From Gracilinanus agilis (lineage: Eukaryota): a stretch of DNA of 60,588 nt. Made by a program: the position numbers and the translations under genes. A model generated the notes under the pieces. The model did not search any database and was not told the origin of the DNA. It was given only the letters and a program-made list of their open reading frames with translations. Each line of letters starts with the position of its first letter. Position 1 is the stretch's first letter. Shown here one piece after another: positions 1 through 11,830 of this stretch. The stretch is taken from NCBI RefSeq assembly GCF_016433145.1, contig NC_058134.1:309621853-309682440 (forward strand), read 5' to 3'.

Positions 1-3000
1 GGGGGGCGGCTGCCAAAGGTGCTTTGAGATCCCCCAGATGATGCCGGGGCCAGAGAAACAGGCAAAGGCTGTCCTCGTGCCACAGTCGTCATTGCATCGC
101 CCTGACTTCCATTTGCCCAGGCTCTCCGGTGGCCGGGCAGGCCCCGTCTTCATGGAGAGAGCTCTGAATTGGGAACCCGGAGAGGGCAGAGTCATCTGCC
201 TTAATGGCACCCCAGGGGGAGGTCCCAGCCTTCCAGGGAGTCAGAGCTTCGGGGCTTTCCTGGGGGCAGGCCCCTCTGGGAAGCTGAAGAGCCCCCTCAG
301 AGTCGAGTTTTTAAACCCATCTGAACGCTATGGAACTCTGGCTTGCAAAATATTGAAAAATAAATGGATATCAAATCTGCTAGGTGACCCTAGGCAAGTC
401 ACTTACCCCCCATCTGCCTTTGATTCTAAGGTGGAAGGTCAGGGTTTAAAAAAAGAGACACGTGTAGACAGACCCTGGTTAACCCCTGCACTGAGTAGAT
501 GGGACACTTGCCGGGAGTCAGGAGGACCATCTGGGCAAGTCGCTCCCCCCGATTCCAAGCCCCATTCCGCCTTAGCACAGTTACTAAGACAGCAGGAAAG
601 GGCACTGCCCTAACTCTGGCCCTCCTGAGCGCTCCCTCTCCGGCCTTGTTCCCATCCCATCCAGCCTCCAGGAGGGCCAGGATCCCTTCTCCGTGCTGCT
701 GGGCAATGGAGGGAGGCCGGGAAGGACAGAAGCGCCTCACGTGACCCAAGGTGCAGTGGGAGTTTCCTAAAGGATGTCAGGGGCCCCGAGGACAGACGCT
801 GCCCTGCTCCCCTCTCAGGGAACGCCTGCCATGTCTGGCCTCTTTCTGGGCAGCTTTCCTCTCTCCATCCCAAGAGGGTTGCACCGGCCCCACAGAGAAG
901 CCAACCCGTGCATGCTTGGGCTTTCCCCAGCTGGAGCAAGAGGCAGCTACAGTCTAGCAGAGTCTGCTCCTGTTCCTCCAGAACTTTCTGCTGTGAGTAG
1001 GCTTAGCAGCCTTTCTGGGGAGTAAACAGTATTCTTGCTCCTCTCTTACAGATGAGAAAACTGAGCTCCAGAAAGATTAAGTCATTTGCGCAGGGCTAGG
1101 AAGAATTCAGACTCGGGTTCTCAGCCCTTCTGGGGCCCGGCCCTCTGCGAAGGACACGGGTTAGGACTTTGCCATCTCCGAAGTCCAGGAAAGCGGCCTG
1201 TGATTGGAAGGAAGAAGGCAAGAGCCAGCACCGCAGACGGTAAAGAGCATGACTGCCCTCTGTGATGGGAGACCCGAATTCAGGTCCTTTGGCCTGGAGA
1301 GGGACGGCTTAGCAAGCCCATGCTGGGCCATTCGAGGACTGAGCGTGCTGTCCAGAACAAGCCTGAAGCCACCCACAAGTTAAAGAGGGTCACAGAGGAA
1401 ATGGGCTCCCCCCGTCTTCAAAATGGCAGGAATTGCCTTATAAAGAACCTGCAAGGTTCCTTCCATCCCTGTATCCCAGGATCCTAGCTGTGTGGCTTTG
1501 GGCAGTTCCCAGACTTCTCTGAGCCCATTTCATGATCTTTAAAATGTAGATAAAGCTCCCGAGACTACAGATGTCAGAGGACTGTTGTGAGGAAAGAGCT
1601 CAGCGAGCCAGAAAGCAGACTAGAAATGGGAGTGCTTATGACTCCGGGAGATAAAGGGCTTCTCTCCACCCCAGATTCCCCGACCAGTTACTGCCCCGGC
1701 CCCGGGCCTGCTCAGACCAGGAGCCTGTGGAGCCGAGAGCAGGCGTGCGCCGCTGCTCTAACTTGGCTACTCTGAGCTGATTTTTGCCCGAGTAGCCAAG
1801 CCAGGCCAAGAAACGTCAGCTGGCGCCTCCACCGTCCTTCTCTGGCCCTGGAGACGGGCCCAGAGGAGATCTGAGGAGGCTCAGCACCAAAGAGACTTCC
1901 AAGGTCAAGGGACCGATGTCCCAAGTCACAGGCAGGTGAGTGGAACCCAGCTCCTCTGACTTCAGACCCAGGACTCACTAATGCACGGTGAGACACACCC
2001 ACATGCGCCACATCATATATGTGTGTGTCTCTAAGTACACACGTGGGGGGTATGTCCACATGTGTGTGATTTACATACATGGCAGGACAAGTGCGGAAAT
2101 TGAATAAAGGCAGAAAAGGGGAGATGGGAGAGGATGAGAGGGACAGAGAGCGGTATGGGAGCAATGAACGCGAGCTTGACCAGACTTTGGGGCCCAGTGG
2201 GCCTGGCACACTGGGGGTGGTCCTTAAGCTCACAAGGAATAGGATGTGACTGAACAACAACACAGAGGCACCCATATAAATGGAGGTCAGGGACAAAGAC
2301 AAAGCCAGGTTCTATAGCTGGAGATACGACGACCTCTGGGACAAGGGTCCAAAGTCCTTTGGCTCACACAGAGGAAGGATTAGTGAAAGGATCATAGACT
2401 GGTTTTTTTAGACCAGAAATAGCCAAATTCAACTCCCTCATTGTATCGAGGTCCAGAGAAGGGAGGGAGGGGAAAGGATCTATTCAAGGTCACCCCCAGC
2501 CATCTTTCAGACCAGGACCTCAGTCCATGTGCACTGCAGTCCCAGTAGGGGCAGACTGGAGAGTCAGGACTCCTAGGTTCTATTCTGATGATTCAGGCAG
2601 GAACTTTGAATGAGTCACTTGCCATCTCTGGGGCTTAAAAATAACAATAAGAAAACAAATACCTTTCCATGAGAAGAAGGGCCCAGCCTCATGCTGCCAT
2701 CGTTGGAGGGTAATTACCAGAGTGGGGTAAAAATAATAGGCAATAAGGACCCAGGGCTGGGAGAGGGGCTTTTCAAGAATCCCCAGTGCACCCTAGGGCT
2801 GTCCTGGCCTTTCTCTTCTGTATCCCATCTCAAGGCAGGCCTAGTACTACAGTTTCATCTGAAAAAAGATATTTGGTGCCTAGGATGCAGCTCTCCTGGC
2901 GCTGAAGGTGACCTAGTTATAATCCAGGTCTTTTAGGGAGGGGAGGTGGGAGCTAAATGTGTAAGCCTTGCCACAGGGGCTGGAGTCCAGGGTGCCCTTG

Positions 3001-3499
3001 GTCATGCTGGGGCCTCTTTTGGCCTTTTCTTCATCACCTTGGCTTCCTGAGCCTGGGAAGGGAAGCGCAGGACAAGGAGGGCTTTGGGATTAGGAGATCT
3101 GAGTTCAAATCCTAGCTGTACCATGTACTAGTAGGGTGACCCCCTCTGAGCGAACCTTAAAGCCCTACTAAGAACAGCATTTATATGGCTCCTTAAGGTT
3201 TGCAGAGCAAAAGTTTACAAGTGGTATCACATCTGGCCCTCAGGGCCCTGGAAGGGAAGGGCTATTATTGCCCCCATTTTGTGGATGAATAAACTGAGGA
3301 TGATGGATCCTATGAAATGACTTGCTCCAGAGGACACAGCTTGGAAGTAGCTGAAGCCTGATTTGAACTCAGATCTTGATTTAGTGCCCGGTGCTCTGTG
3401 CATTAAGGTGCCAGCCCACTGTCTATAGAAAGAGGAGCCTGGTGATATTATGGAGAACTAAGCCCAAGAACATGCTGCCATCGTATGATGATCCCTAGA

Positions 3500-5500
3500 T
3501 TTCGCGCTTTGTAAGTGTGTTCGCTGAGGCTGTAACATCTGGGGAGAGCGGCCCCCCCCCCCTTTCCATGCCAGCCTCCGTTGGGGGGGGGGCCTGGAGG
3601 GCCTGGGAGCTGGGAAGGGCCCCAGCGGTCATGGTTTTAAGGACCAGAATCCCCGCTGGGCTGGGCGGTCCTGCCTCCCCTGGGCCTTTTGTCTCCTGCC
3701 CCCGGGATGGAGCGATGGGGCCGGCGGGCTCCTCCAGACAGACCACTGTGGTGCTTGAAGCTGCGGGGCCCTCTTGTGCTCTTACCCTGCCACGGGGGTC
3801 GCCTATCACCCCCCCCCAGCCCCCTGCGTCTCCCGGCTCTGGCTGACATCTCCCAGGAGGGCTGCCTGCTGTCCCTCCGCGCCCCCCCCTCCGCCGCATC
3901 AGGAGCCCCTCCCAGGGCCACTTTAGGCTAGAGCAGCCTGGCTGGGCACCCCCAGCAAGGGAAAGAGGCCGGGCTGCCTCTCAGCACGCTCCGGGAGGGG
4001 AGGCAGTAGGGCCGGGCCTCCCCGGGCAGAGTCGGAGCTTGCCTTTGCAGGGCGACTGCCCGGCGGGGGGCGGGGAGGGGGGCAGCGCGAATGTAACGGA
4101 TCGAATGGAGAGGTCGCCCTCCCCCACCCCAAATCTGCCACATCAATAGCCAGACTAGACTGATTATTGTTCTCTCCGCCGCGGTCTGCTCCCCCTCCCC
4201 CTGCTCGGTCCGCATCTTCTCCCCTTGCGGCAGGCTGGCGGCTCGGTGGACGTCTGCGAAGGCCCCCCTACTCCGTGCCTGGCTCCGGGGCACGGCCCCG
4301 CTGGGGCTGGCCGGGCAGGAAGCGGCTCCCAGGGGTGAGGGCGGGGGCTCCAAGGGCGGACTAACAGGGAGTCACCTCTCCTCTCCGCTCATTAGCCCGG
4401 TCACCCCCCGCACACCCGCGAGCAGCGATGATATCGATGCTCCCGAGCTGGCTCCCTCCCTCCCCGGCCGCCCCAAATTCACCCTCCGCGGAAAAGAGCA
4501 ATTAGGTCCCTGCCCCTCCCCCCCCGGGGATGCCGAGCGTCGCCTCGGGCTGGCCCCCCCCGGAGGGTTTTCGGGGCGCTTGTTTCCCCCTTCCTCAGGG
4601 AGAAGGTTCGGCGCTCCTTCCCAGCCCTCCAGCCCCTTCCGTAGGAAACCGGGGGGCGGGGGCTCTGGCGGGCCTCTCTTCGGCCTCTCCTTCCAAGGCC
4701 AGCGTGACCCCAGCCCATCCAGGCCCAGCCTCCCCGCCCCCGCCCGCTCCAGCCTTTACCTCGGCTCCTCCTCGGCGCCCCGCTTCTCAGAGCCGCCAGG
4801 CAGAGGCGGCCTTGCGCTCTCGGGCGGGAGGGTGAGTGTGAGAGCATGCAGCGGCAGCCAGAACCTGAACTCACACTCACACACAGCCCCTCCTTCCTCG
4901 TGACGTCAGGGGCGGGGGGGGCGGGGGGCGGGGACTTAAAGAGATACTACGCGAGCCTTTCGGGTCCTCCCGCCCAGGCCCATCTCCCGGGCCTCCGAAG
5001 AGGGCTTTTTTGGCAGCGCGAGGACCGACGCTGCAGAGCTGCAGTAGGAATGGCACAAGCTCTGGTGACGGAAGCCTGGCCAGGCCCGGCCCTCGGGAGG
5101 GGTCAAACCTCCTTCCGGAGGCCTTTCCTGATGGTCAGCGCCACCTCTTTGGGGTGGGCATCGCCTCTGGGAATCGGAGATCCTCGGGACTGGCACTGGC
5201 GCCCCACGCAGGAACCTCTTCCATCAGCTCCCGGAGCAGCTTGGAGGGGATCACCCCAAAGGAGCGGCGCCATCGAATGGCGGCGAGCTGGCCTGGGCCT
5301 CCGCCCTCCCCCCGCATCACCTCCATCCCATTCTCCCCATTCCCCATGTCCGGTCGGTTGCCGAGTTTTGCCAGGCATCCCTCCACGACTGTTCTTCCGG
5401 GCTCCCCAGCTCCTCCAGACACCCGTCATCTCTTGCCTGGGCTCGGCGTTGTGGCCCATCGGCGGGTCTTCGGTCTTTCTCGAGGGTCGGCCTCCCCACT
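3500..5500. promoter_or_regulatory. CpG island; probable promoter/first non-coding exon region of CSDC2 (minus strand), possibly bidirectional
   Basis: Dense CpG/GC boxes, full CRE TGACGTCA 4901-4908, G-tract 4909-4933. Strong minus-strand donor AGG|GTAAGA with exon end 3786. CSDC2 identity is inferred only from synteny with POLR3H. Confidence 0.5.
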
Positions 5501-5785
5501 TGTCCTCCGGGCACTGGTCCTACTCTCTCAGCTCCGGGGGCTCCCTGTTCTTCCCAGGATCACATAGGAATTTTCAGGCCCACCTTTGTGGGCAGCTCCC
5601 CAGGCACTCTCCTTCCGAGATGTCCCACTCCGGCCCAGCTGGTTCCCGTCTTCCTTTGTTCCGCCCTCGCACTCCTTCTAGCATCCATCAGCTGACTCGG
5701 TGCCTCGGCACTCTGGGTTCCCGCTCGAAGTAATTTCCTTTCTCACCTCCACCATCCTAAAAGCTCCTTCAAGCCTCAATTCAAG

Positions 5786-5950
5786 GGGGCGGCTGGGTGG
5801 CTCAGTGGATTGAGAGCCAAGCCTAGAGACGGAAGGCCCTGGGTTCCAGGCTGGCCTCCCACGCTTCCTAGCTGGGTGAATCCCTATTATTTAGCCCTTA
5901 GCACTCTCTGGCCTTGGAACCAATACTCAGTGGGAGGGAAAGGGTTTTTT
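5786..5950 (+). mobile_element. SINE1_Mdo-like SINE
   Basis: ggctgggtggctcagtggattgagagcc head; ccttggaaccaatac tail. Confidence 0.8.
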
Positions 5951-7523
5951 ACCCTTAATTCAAGAGCTCTCTCCTTTCCTGATCTCCCCCACACTGTTCA
6001 CAGCCCCTTTTGCCATCCCCTTTCAATTCCTTTTGGGTATTTATTCAGGAGCCTCCCATCTCCTTCTGGCAGGATTCAAACTCCTAGCATCGAGGGACCA
6101 TTTCATTTTGCCTTTGTCTCCGGTGCTCAGCAGGATCTGGCACACGTTAGCCCGAGCCCCCCCTGCTCCTGGCTTCCTTCGAGTCTTGCCTCACATTCTC
6201 CCTTCTATGGGAATCCCGGCAATTGGAGAGCCTTCCCTCTGGGGACTGTTTCTGACTTGGCTCACATGGAATTTGTTTGCTGTCGTCTTCCCTGTTCGAT
6301 GGTGAGCTTCTTGGGGGCAGCCCCTCCCACTGAGCTAAGTCAAGGGATGCTGGTTTGGCCCGTCGGGTTGATGCAGGAAATGGATTCTCCATCCTCTCTT
6401 TGCCTTTGTGGCCGGCCTCTTTGTAGCCCGTCTCTACCTCCTCCAGTTCTCTTTTCTCCGAGTTGTCCTTGTCTCTCCTGTCCCCTGCAAAGTCTCCCTG
6501 AACAATCTAGGGACGCCTCGCTAGATTCCAGGGTTCCTTCATCTCCCTTCTCAGGGCCTCAAGTCTCCCTTTCAAGGGCCAGAAAGCAGTCTCCGCCGAA
6601 ACGGGACTGCCTGGTATGGTGCTTGTGCCCCCTCTGGCCCAGGTTCTCATGGACAGAACAATCGCTCCCGCTTCAGTCTGAAGACCTAGTGAGGCACAGA
6701 GAAGTTCTTGTGGCCAGGGCATCCTTCCCCTCATTGTGCTAACCACGGGGCAAACCTCTCACTCACAGGAGAGCGAGCGAGGGCTGCAAAGCCAACCTAC
6801 CTTCTCAGGCCACACCGCAGACTCATAGATGTCCTCCAAGTGGGAAGAAACCAACATTTTGGCCACCCGGCCTCCTCTTCCTCATCACAAGAGCTGGAAG
6901 GAACCCTAGAAGCCATAAAGGCTTGCCCCCTTATTGAGCAGATGAGGAAACTGAGGCCTAGAGAAGGAGGACACCCCCAAGGTCACTGGGGGGCCGAGCC
7001 AGATGTGGAGCCCTGGGCCTCTGACCCCATACTCCAACCCCATTGCTTTACTGAGGCCCATAGCAGGCTCAAGATCACATGCTTGGGGAGAGCAGAGCCG
7101 AAGTCCAGCCCTTCCCTCTCCCGGACCACTGCTCTTGCCACTCTGCAGGTCAAAAGCTGCTGATTTGGGGTTTTAGTCAGACAAATTTACACCTGCTGTG
7201 ATGGGGAAAAAATCTGTTTCACATAGGCTAGACTGGCTTGCCTCAGTTTCCTGAACTACAAAATGGGAATAGTAACAATACCCACCTCATAGGGTTGTTG
7301 TGAGATATTTATAAAGTATTTAGCCTAGTGGCTGGCAGCACATAGTAGATATTATATAAATGCATTTTCCTTTCTCATTCCTAGTATCTTTGCTCCCCCC
7401 ACCCTCCCCTCAGCCTTACTTGGATTTAACTACAGGGTTACAACTTGAAGAACTGAAGGAATTCCTGGTCACCTAAGCTTTGATAGCTTAAAACCATCCT
7501 GACCTTCAGAACCCTCTATAATT

Positions 7524-7707
7524 CAGGGGTTCCCAAACGTTTTTGGCCCTTTCCAGAAAAAACATGACTTGGCCCCCTGGAAATTAATTTTTTTTAAATT
7601 TTAATAGCAATTAATAGGAAAGATCAACGCACCTGTGGCCATCACCGCTCTTCTGGATTGCTGCAGCACTCACTAGGGGGCGGTGGCGCCCACTTTGAGA
7701 ATCACTG
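7524..7707. mobile_element. Non-autonomous hAT (Charlie-like) DNA transposon / MITE, 184 bp
   Basis: TIRs CAGGGGTTCCCAAAC and CAGTGATTCTCAAAG (11/15 match); AT-rich core; TSD imperfect. Confidence 0.8.
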
Positions 7708-9849
7708 CTCTCTATGAAAGACTCACCAGGCATTGGGGCCCCTCAGGCTCGGCCCATCTGTTGACCAGGTACACCAACATGGGAAACTTGGGGGTACCAC
7801 TTCACTCGTAATGAAGTAATGAGGAAGGAGTTGGGGTCTCTAAGTCCATCTCCTCATTAATTATTCACTAGTCAGAGATGTCTTGGGATGTCCAAGGGAG
7901 GAACTAAATGATGAGGTCCCAGATTGTATTTCTAGACCAGTGTCAAAAAACTTCCTGGTCTTTGATCATCAAGAGGATCATCAACCCATTAATTAATCGG
8001 TCAAATGCTAGCTTAATCAATAAATTAATATTTTTCTTCCCCACCCCCCCAAAAAAGAAAACTTGAGGCAGAGGAGTTGTGTCCAGCTGAACTCATGCTG
8101 TGTTCTTGTTGAAGATCCTTTCAGGCTATCATTAAATGAACTTTTTTTTGTTCACTGAATGGTCTACCAGGGTCCCTTTTTGTTTGTGTTCTGAATCCGG
8201 GCCCCTGAACAAGTTAGACCTGGTCCAGAACGTTGCCTTCAGCTTTAGATGGGCTTTATCAAAGAAAAGGGCAGAATGGACAAGTGAGGACTGGGGGAGG
8301 GAAACAGGAGGGGGCTCCTCCCCACAATTCAAGGCCATTTGCCAAGAGCTCAGGGCTTCAGTGAGTTCCAATCATAGGAAACATTGTCCGTCCTTCTGGG
8401 CATAAGGTCCCACGTCTTTCCCAGGGGCCTGAACCACCCTGGAGATGAAGTTCCCCAAATGGGAACAGAACCTTTGGTTCCTAGGGAGTTGCTCTTCTCT
8501 GAGACCCTGCACAGTCCACGTAACTCACAGAAAAGTTGAAGGCAAGGACTTGAGCCTCATGATTTCTTGGTTCTAGTTCCTGCATCTCTTGCAATGAATA
8601 GGGTCCCTGACTTGGTCCGGGACTTCCTTATCACTTTCTTTGTGCTCTTGGTGCTTCACTTGGTGTCTGGTTCCAAGGAAGTCCTTGAAAATCCTGTTGT
8701 GTGACTCTGACTCTTCTGCTCCTCCTCAGGATCCTTGGCTGCAGGCTTGGCCTCTGTCTGGGACAGGCTCCAGTGGTTGGCTCCCAGGAGGGTTCTCAGG
8801 ACCTCCTGCCACAAAAAGGAATCCTTGCTGTATAGACAGTCTTTGCCCCAGCTCTCCTGGGCCTTCGGGATCTAGCGGTGACCCCCCCCCCCCATTTTAG
8901 TTCAGACCTGGATAAGGAACTCCCAGCGTGGAAACATTCCTCAGGGATGAAGGACTACAGCTTGGCTGGGGCACTAAGGGAATTCCCCGGGTTTTCTCAC
9001 CAGGCCAGCCTTGTTACAAGGGAACCTTAGAGCATTGTTCCAGGGCTGTGTCAACTTGGAAAAACACAGAACCACTAAAGTAGTCATGAAACCAAATCTT
9101 TAACCAGGACCAGAGACGGTGCTCAAGATTAATACCACTCAGAGCCAAAGCTCTGGGGCTCTGCAAACGGTGTCTCTGAGACGATCGCCTCCAAAGAATA
9201 ATAGAACATAGGGCTCTGCTAAATCTTTGGGGGGACCAGAAGGCCAGAAAACATACCCTGACTTGGTTACAAGCAGGCCTGGGAAAGAGGCTGTGGCCAG
9301 AGGCTGGGGGTACCAGGGAGTAGCCTGCGAGACAGTGGAAGAAACTTCTAAGACGAAAAGGGTGACGGAGAACTTGAACATTTCTGCCGCTCCTGTTCAG
9401 GACACTTCATGGAAGCTGGGCGATCCCTTGTTCAGTCTAAGACAAGGTGAGTTTGGGACTTCCCCTAAGGGCAAGTTCCCAAGGGACAAAGGCAAACTTG
9501 GGGCTCCCCCAAACCCAGGTAACAGCTACAGTGTTACCTTCTCCAAGGGCCAAGTCCAAGAGCCCCGATGAAGCCAGGTGGGGCTGCTGTCCTAGGGAAG
9601 AGATGAGGATTGCAGGAGAGGAGGGGACAGGATGCCCCGTCTTGTTTGGGAGGCAGCAGACGACAACTCCTGGCACCTTGGGGATCCCCACTGCCCCATC
9701 TCCCCAAATAACAACTTCTTTTGAAGAGGTGCCCAGGGAGCCCAGCTGTGCAGCTTGGTAGGGTTTTAGAGCTAGAGAGCCATAGATGGATAGAGATAGA
9801 GAAATATGTGGATAGCTTCTGCTGGTTTCCCCCCTTTCTTTCCTCTTTT

Positions 9850-10010
9850 TTGTAAAAAGATTTTGAGCTGCATCTTAGAATGGATACCAAGGATCCATTC
9901 CAAGGCAGAAGAGCAGTAAGAGCTGGGCAATTGTAGTCAAGTGACTTGCCCAAAGTCACACAGCTGCGGTGTCAAATCTGAACCCAGGACCTGCCTTTCT
10001 ATCCTCTGAG
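9850..10010 (-). mobile_element. SINE1_Mdo-like SINE
   Basis: ttccaaggcagaagagcagtaag...gtgacttgcccaaagtcacacagct (reverse orientation). Confidence 0.75.
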
Positions 10011-10289
10011 TCACCTGGCTTAAAAAAAGTGTTTGTACTAAGGGACGGTTGTTTAGGAGAGAGAGGAATGCTGGGGAAAATCTGTGGGAAAGCAACTAGA
10101 GCAATATAATGTAAAAAGGGAAGGAAAAAAAAGGGGCGGGCAGAAGGACCAGCCTCCTCCGACTCTCCCAGTCCTTACCGGCTAGCTCTGTTCAGATACC
10201 GACAATGGCTCCCTTCTGAAGCCTAGCACAGGCCAAGCCCCTAGCGGGGAGCTTAAACACAGCTGAGTGATGGAGGGAGGAGGGAGGAG

Positions 10290-10520
10290 ACGAGGGAGGA
10301 GACGCGGGAGGGGCGGGGCCTGAGTGCGGTGGGCGGGGCTCGAGGGGAGGAGGCAGCTGGAGGCGTGGTCTGAGGGTGAGCCCTACGGTAAGGGGGCTTT
10401 TGGGGAAAGGGGAGGAGTTCCCTCTCGCTCCCAGACCGCGGGCACAACGGGCAGCGGAAGTTAGGGGGAGGGACCTAGAGGCTAAGGTTGCTCTGATTGG
10501 TCTGCTCTCCGGAAGTGAAA
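10290..10520 (+). promoter_or_regulatory. POLR3H: POLR3H TATA-less CpG-island promoter
   Basis: GC boxes (gggcgggg), inverted CCAAT (ctgattgg 10493-10500), ETS/GABP sites GCGGAAGT (~10454) and CCGGAAGTG (10509-10517). Confidence 0.75.
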
Positions 10521-10632
10521 CGGTTTCCTGGAGACGGTGCATGGAGGCGGTGACGGCGGAAGATCCCTGTCTGGGCGCGTGACGGCTTCGTGCTTGCGTG
10601 TTCGCTGTGGTCGCGGGGACCCCTGCCCCAGA
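10510..10632 (+). other. POLR3H: POLR3H putative non-coding exon 1 (start approximate)
   Basis: Downstream of the promoter motifs, ends at donor GA|GTGAGT (10633). The next exon has acceptor ttccag| at 11455/11456. Confidence 0.6.
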
Positions 10633-11477
10633 GTGAGTGCGGGAAGGCAAGGACGCAGAGCTCCTCTGTCCGAGGCCCGCTCGCGCGTAGGGTACCCCAA
10701 GTTCCCCACGTGCCCCATGCCTCCGTTTCCCTGCCTGTAAAGAGAGGCTCGGCAGTCCCCGAGGCCTCCAGGCCGAGAGCCCTGACTTTGACCCCCGTTA
10801 GACCTTCCCGGGGCCTGGAGGAGAAGGGGATTGGGCTAGAGTCCTCCGCCCCAGACTCACACTACCTGAGACCTTGGGTTGGTCGGTTTCCCCGGGGTCT
10901 CATGATCTGTTATTTCGGTGAGACCCTGAGCCAATCACTCCCTGCCTGGGTCTCAGTTTCCCCATCTGTAAAAGAAGGAGATGGAACCAGATGACCCACG
11001 GCTCCCCCTTCCCACCAGCTCGAAGTCCTTGATTTATGGACTCACTGTAAGACCTTGGACCGGACACTCACTTGCCTGACTCTGTTTCCCCATCTGTTAA
11101 AGGAGGAAGTTGGCTCAGTTGCACACCCAGATCTCTTTCTGGCTTCTCAAGTCTTGTAGTTTTCTCACCCACAGGTTCCTCCTCCTATTCCTTGCTGCTT
11201 CCCCCCAAATCCAGTGCCTTTGAGGGCCTCAGCCTTAGTCAGCCACCCCTCATTCTCGCAAACCCCACAGGACCTTCAGCCCCAGTGCCACTGGTTGCCA
11301 AGACCTTGGGTAGACCTCTTCCTCATCTGTGAAATGAGTCGGCTCAGTGGGTCTCTAGCTTCATGAGAGTTGGGGTTCTTAGAGAGTGTGGGGGTGGGGG
11401 GGAACAGTCAAGGCAGGCCCATACAAGGTTTTAATTTCCAGCTCCTGTCTTCCAGGGCTTGTGGCCGGGCCTCCAGG

Positions 11478-11588
11478 ATGTTTGTCCTGGTAGAGATGGT
11501 GGACACAGTGCGGATCCCCCCATGGCAATTTGAAAGGGAGCTTAATGACTCCATCTCGGAGGAGCTAAACAAGAAGCTAGCCAACAAG
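11478..11588 (+). CDS. POLR3H: RNA polymerase III subunit RPC8/RPC25, coding exon 1 (exon starts 11456)
   Basis: [37 protein letters not shown]; 111 nt; donor AAG|GTAAGG. Confidence 0.98.
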
Positions 11589-11719
11589 GTAAGGGACGGA
11601 TGGGGACGGCTCTGGCTGTGGCTGTATCCCACCCCACCTTGTCCCCCATCTCAAGGCGGTTTTGTCCCCATAGGATGGAAGCCCCCCCCAAGGGCAGTAA
11701 CAATTTTAACCAAATTTGG

Positions 11720-11830
11720 TCTGAACCCCTTCCCTTCTGTCTTAGAATCCATACTGTGTATCGGTTCTTAGATAGGAGAGTGCGAAGGGCTAGGCCATGG
11801 CATTAAGTGACTCACCCAGGGTCACGGAGC
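11720..11830 (-). mobile_element. SINE1_Mdo-like 3' fragment
   Basis: cccttctgtcttagaatccatactgtgtatcggttct...aagtgactcacccagggtcac. Confidence 0.7.

Noticed and set aside
38-2302. Long ORFs at the window start (38-613 +, 1712-2302 -) as CSDC2 exons
   Set aside because: No cold-shock domain or CSDC2 motifs. The ORFs run through SINE remnants and alternating purine-pyrimidine sequence.
5810-6742. 310-aa + strand ORF
   Set aside because: Starts at a TTG inside a SINE, is Pro/Ser/Leu-rich from CT-rich DNA, and has no recognisable domain
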